Virus record (IMG/VR): IMGVR_UViG_3300034357_000123
Location: 1-26,695 of that record
DNA length: 26,695 nucleotides
Direction: 5' to 3' (one strand)
Origin: a virus
Taxonomy: Duplodnaviria; Caudoviricetes
The position numbers were made by a program, and so were the translations under genes. Below the pieces are notes generated by a model that made no database searches, was not told the DNA's origin, and saw only the letters and a list, made by a program, of their open reading frames with translations. Below are positions 26,048 through 26,695 of the stretch, in pieces (within the stretch, counting starts at the first letter, position 1; each line of letters starts with the position of its first letter).

Positions 26048-26643
26048 GTGTATATAGTATCTTCCACATGAGATTTCAAGAGGTCTGCGAACTTTTTTTT
26101 GTCTATCTGTGGAAGAATAAACGGCGCAAACTTCTTGGCTTTGAAACTAATCTTAGACCAAATGAAATCATCTGGTAGTTTAGCATCAAACTTCGGAACG
26201 AACTGGATAAAATAGTTGAGTATCACAAAGGTCTGATAAGATATAGATCCAGCCATCAGAGTCGGTATAATGTTTGGATATTGACTATCAAACCGTAAGG
26301 CGGGTTTGATATCTCCTATCGTCGCCAGTTCGTTCCGAAATACATAAGACATGGATTGGTTGGTTTTCACATATGCTGTTGTGGTATCAAACGCTTCATC
26401 ATCAAGTAGGTCACCAACCCATGTCTTATCTTTTAGTAAGTTGGCCACCAAATGATCCTGCATGTTATCGCAGTTTCGGGCCAACTTTTCAAACTGAAAC
26501 CTATCTCTCCTTGAGAGGTAAGTTTCCTTGCTAACATGCCTTGTCTTACCATTATACTTGAAGTAATCGTAAGAGTCAAGATTAAAATGGTTTTTCAAAG
26601 CAAGATAGAGACAGAATGTTTCATATCCACTTAGTCTTGCCAT
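26044..26643 (-). CDS. gp59: Helicase loader gp59, 199 aa
   Basis: GYETFCLYLALKNHF..DSYDYFKYNGK.......Y..RRDRFQFEKLA, VANL....WVGDL and a W......KKFAPF C-terminus. Adjacent to gp32. Confidence 0.92.
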   Translation of the reverse strand: MARLSGYETFCLYLALKNHFNLDSYDYFKYNGKTRHVSKETYLSRRDRFQFEKLARNCDNMQDHLVANLLKDKTWVGDLLDDEAFDTTTAYVKTNQSMSYVFRNELATIGDIKPALRFDSQYPNIIPTLMAGSISYQTFVILNYFIQFVPKFDAKLPDDFIWSKISFKAKKFAPFILPQIDKKKFADLLKSHVEDTIYT

Positions 26644-26695
26644 TCGTCAATCCAAGTTGTTGGAACAATGTAACCACCGCCTCCGCCTCCAATTG
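26631..26695 (-). CDS. Probable 3' end of an upstream gene overlapping the gp59 start (frame uncertain)
   Basis: An open frame ...IGGGGGGYIVPTTWIDEWQD* ends at 26631. Other frames are also open, so it is too short to assign. Confidence 0.3.
   Translation of the reverse strand, partial: IGGGGGGYIVPTTWIDEWQD

Noticed and set aside
25986-26069. 28-aa N-terminal extension of gp32
   Set aside because: It spans the promoter and overlaps gp59. The SD and family N-terminus support a start at 25985.
1-26695. CRISPR array, tRNA, intron/intein, diversity-generating retroelement, invertible fibre cassette or stop-codon recoding
   Set aside because: I saw no spaced repeats, cloverleaf, reverse transcriptase, invertase or interrupted core genes. 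TAA, TAG and TGA all end genes at expected positions. A short structured RNA could have been missed by eye.

Overview
This 26.7-kb window is the baseplate/tail morphogenesis region of a T4-like myophage. The gene order resembles the cyanophage/alphaproteobacterial-phage branch rather than T4 itself. A long minus-strand late operon runs gp48, gp53, gp27-like hub, a gp5 split into two genes, gp25, gp6, gp7, gp8, a 1992-aa VrlC/DUF4815-type protein, a small coiled-coil protein, a tail fibre with an S74 intramolecular chaperone, a polyglycine gp38-like adhesin, and two small structural ORFs. A divergent plus-strand block encodes gp4, gp2, gp54, gp26, a 67-aa gp51-like ORF and a 668-aa protein with two murein-hydrolase domains. 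It converges at a hairpin terminator on the replication genes gp32 and gp59. Four signals stand out. (1) A T-TTT-TTT slippery heptamer would fuse gp26 to the gp51-like ORF by -1 frameshifting, as in lambda G/GT or P2 E/E'. (2) A perfect TTGACA-17-TATAAT promoter points antisense into the gp4 nuclease-fold gene. (3) gp5 is genetically split and lacks lysozyme. (4) Late-promoter motifs lie exactly 5 nt upstream of three SD-less start codons. All family assignments come from motif recognition and synteny by eye; no database search was run.
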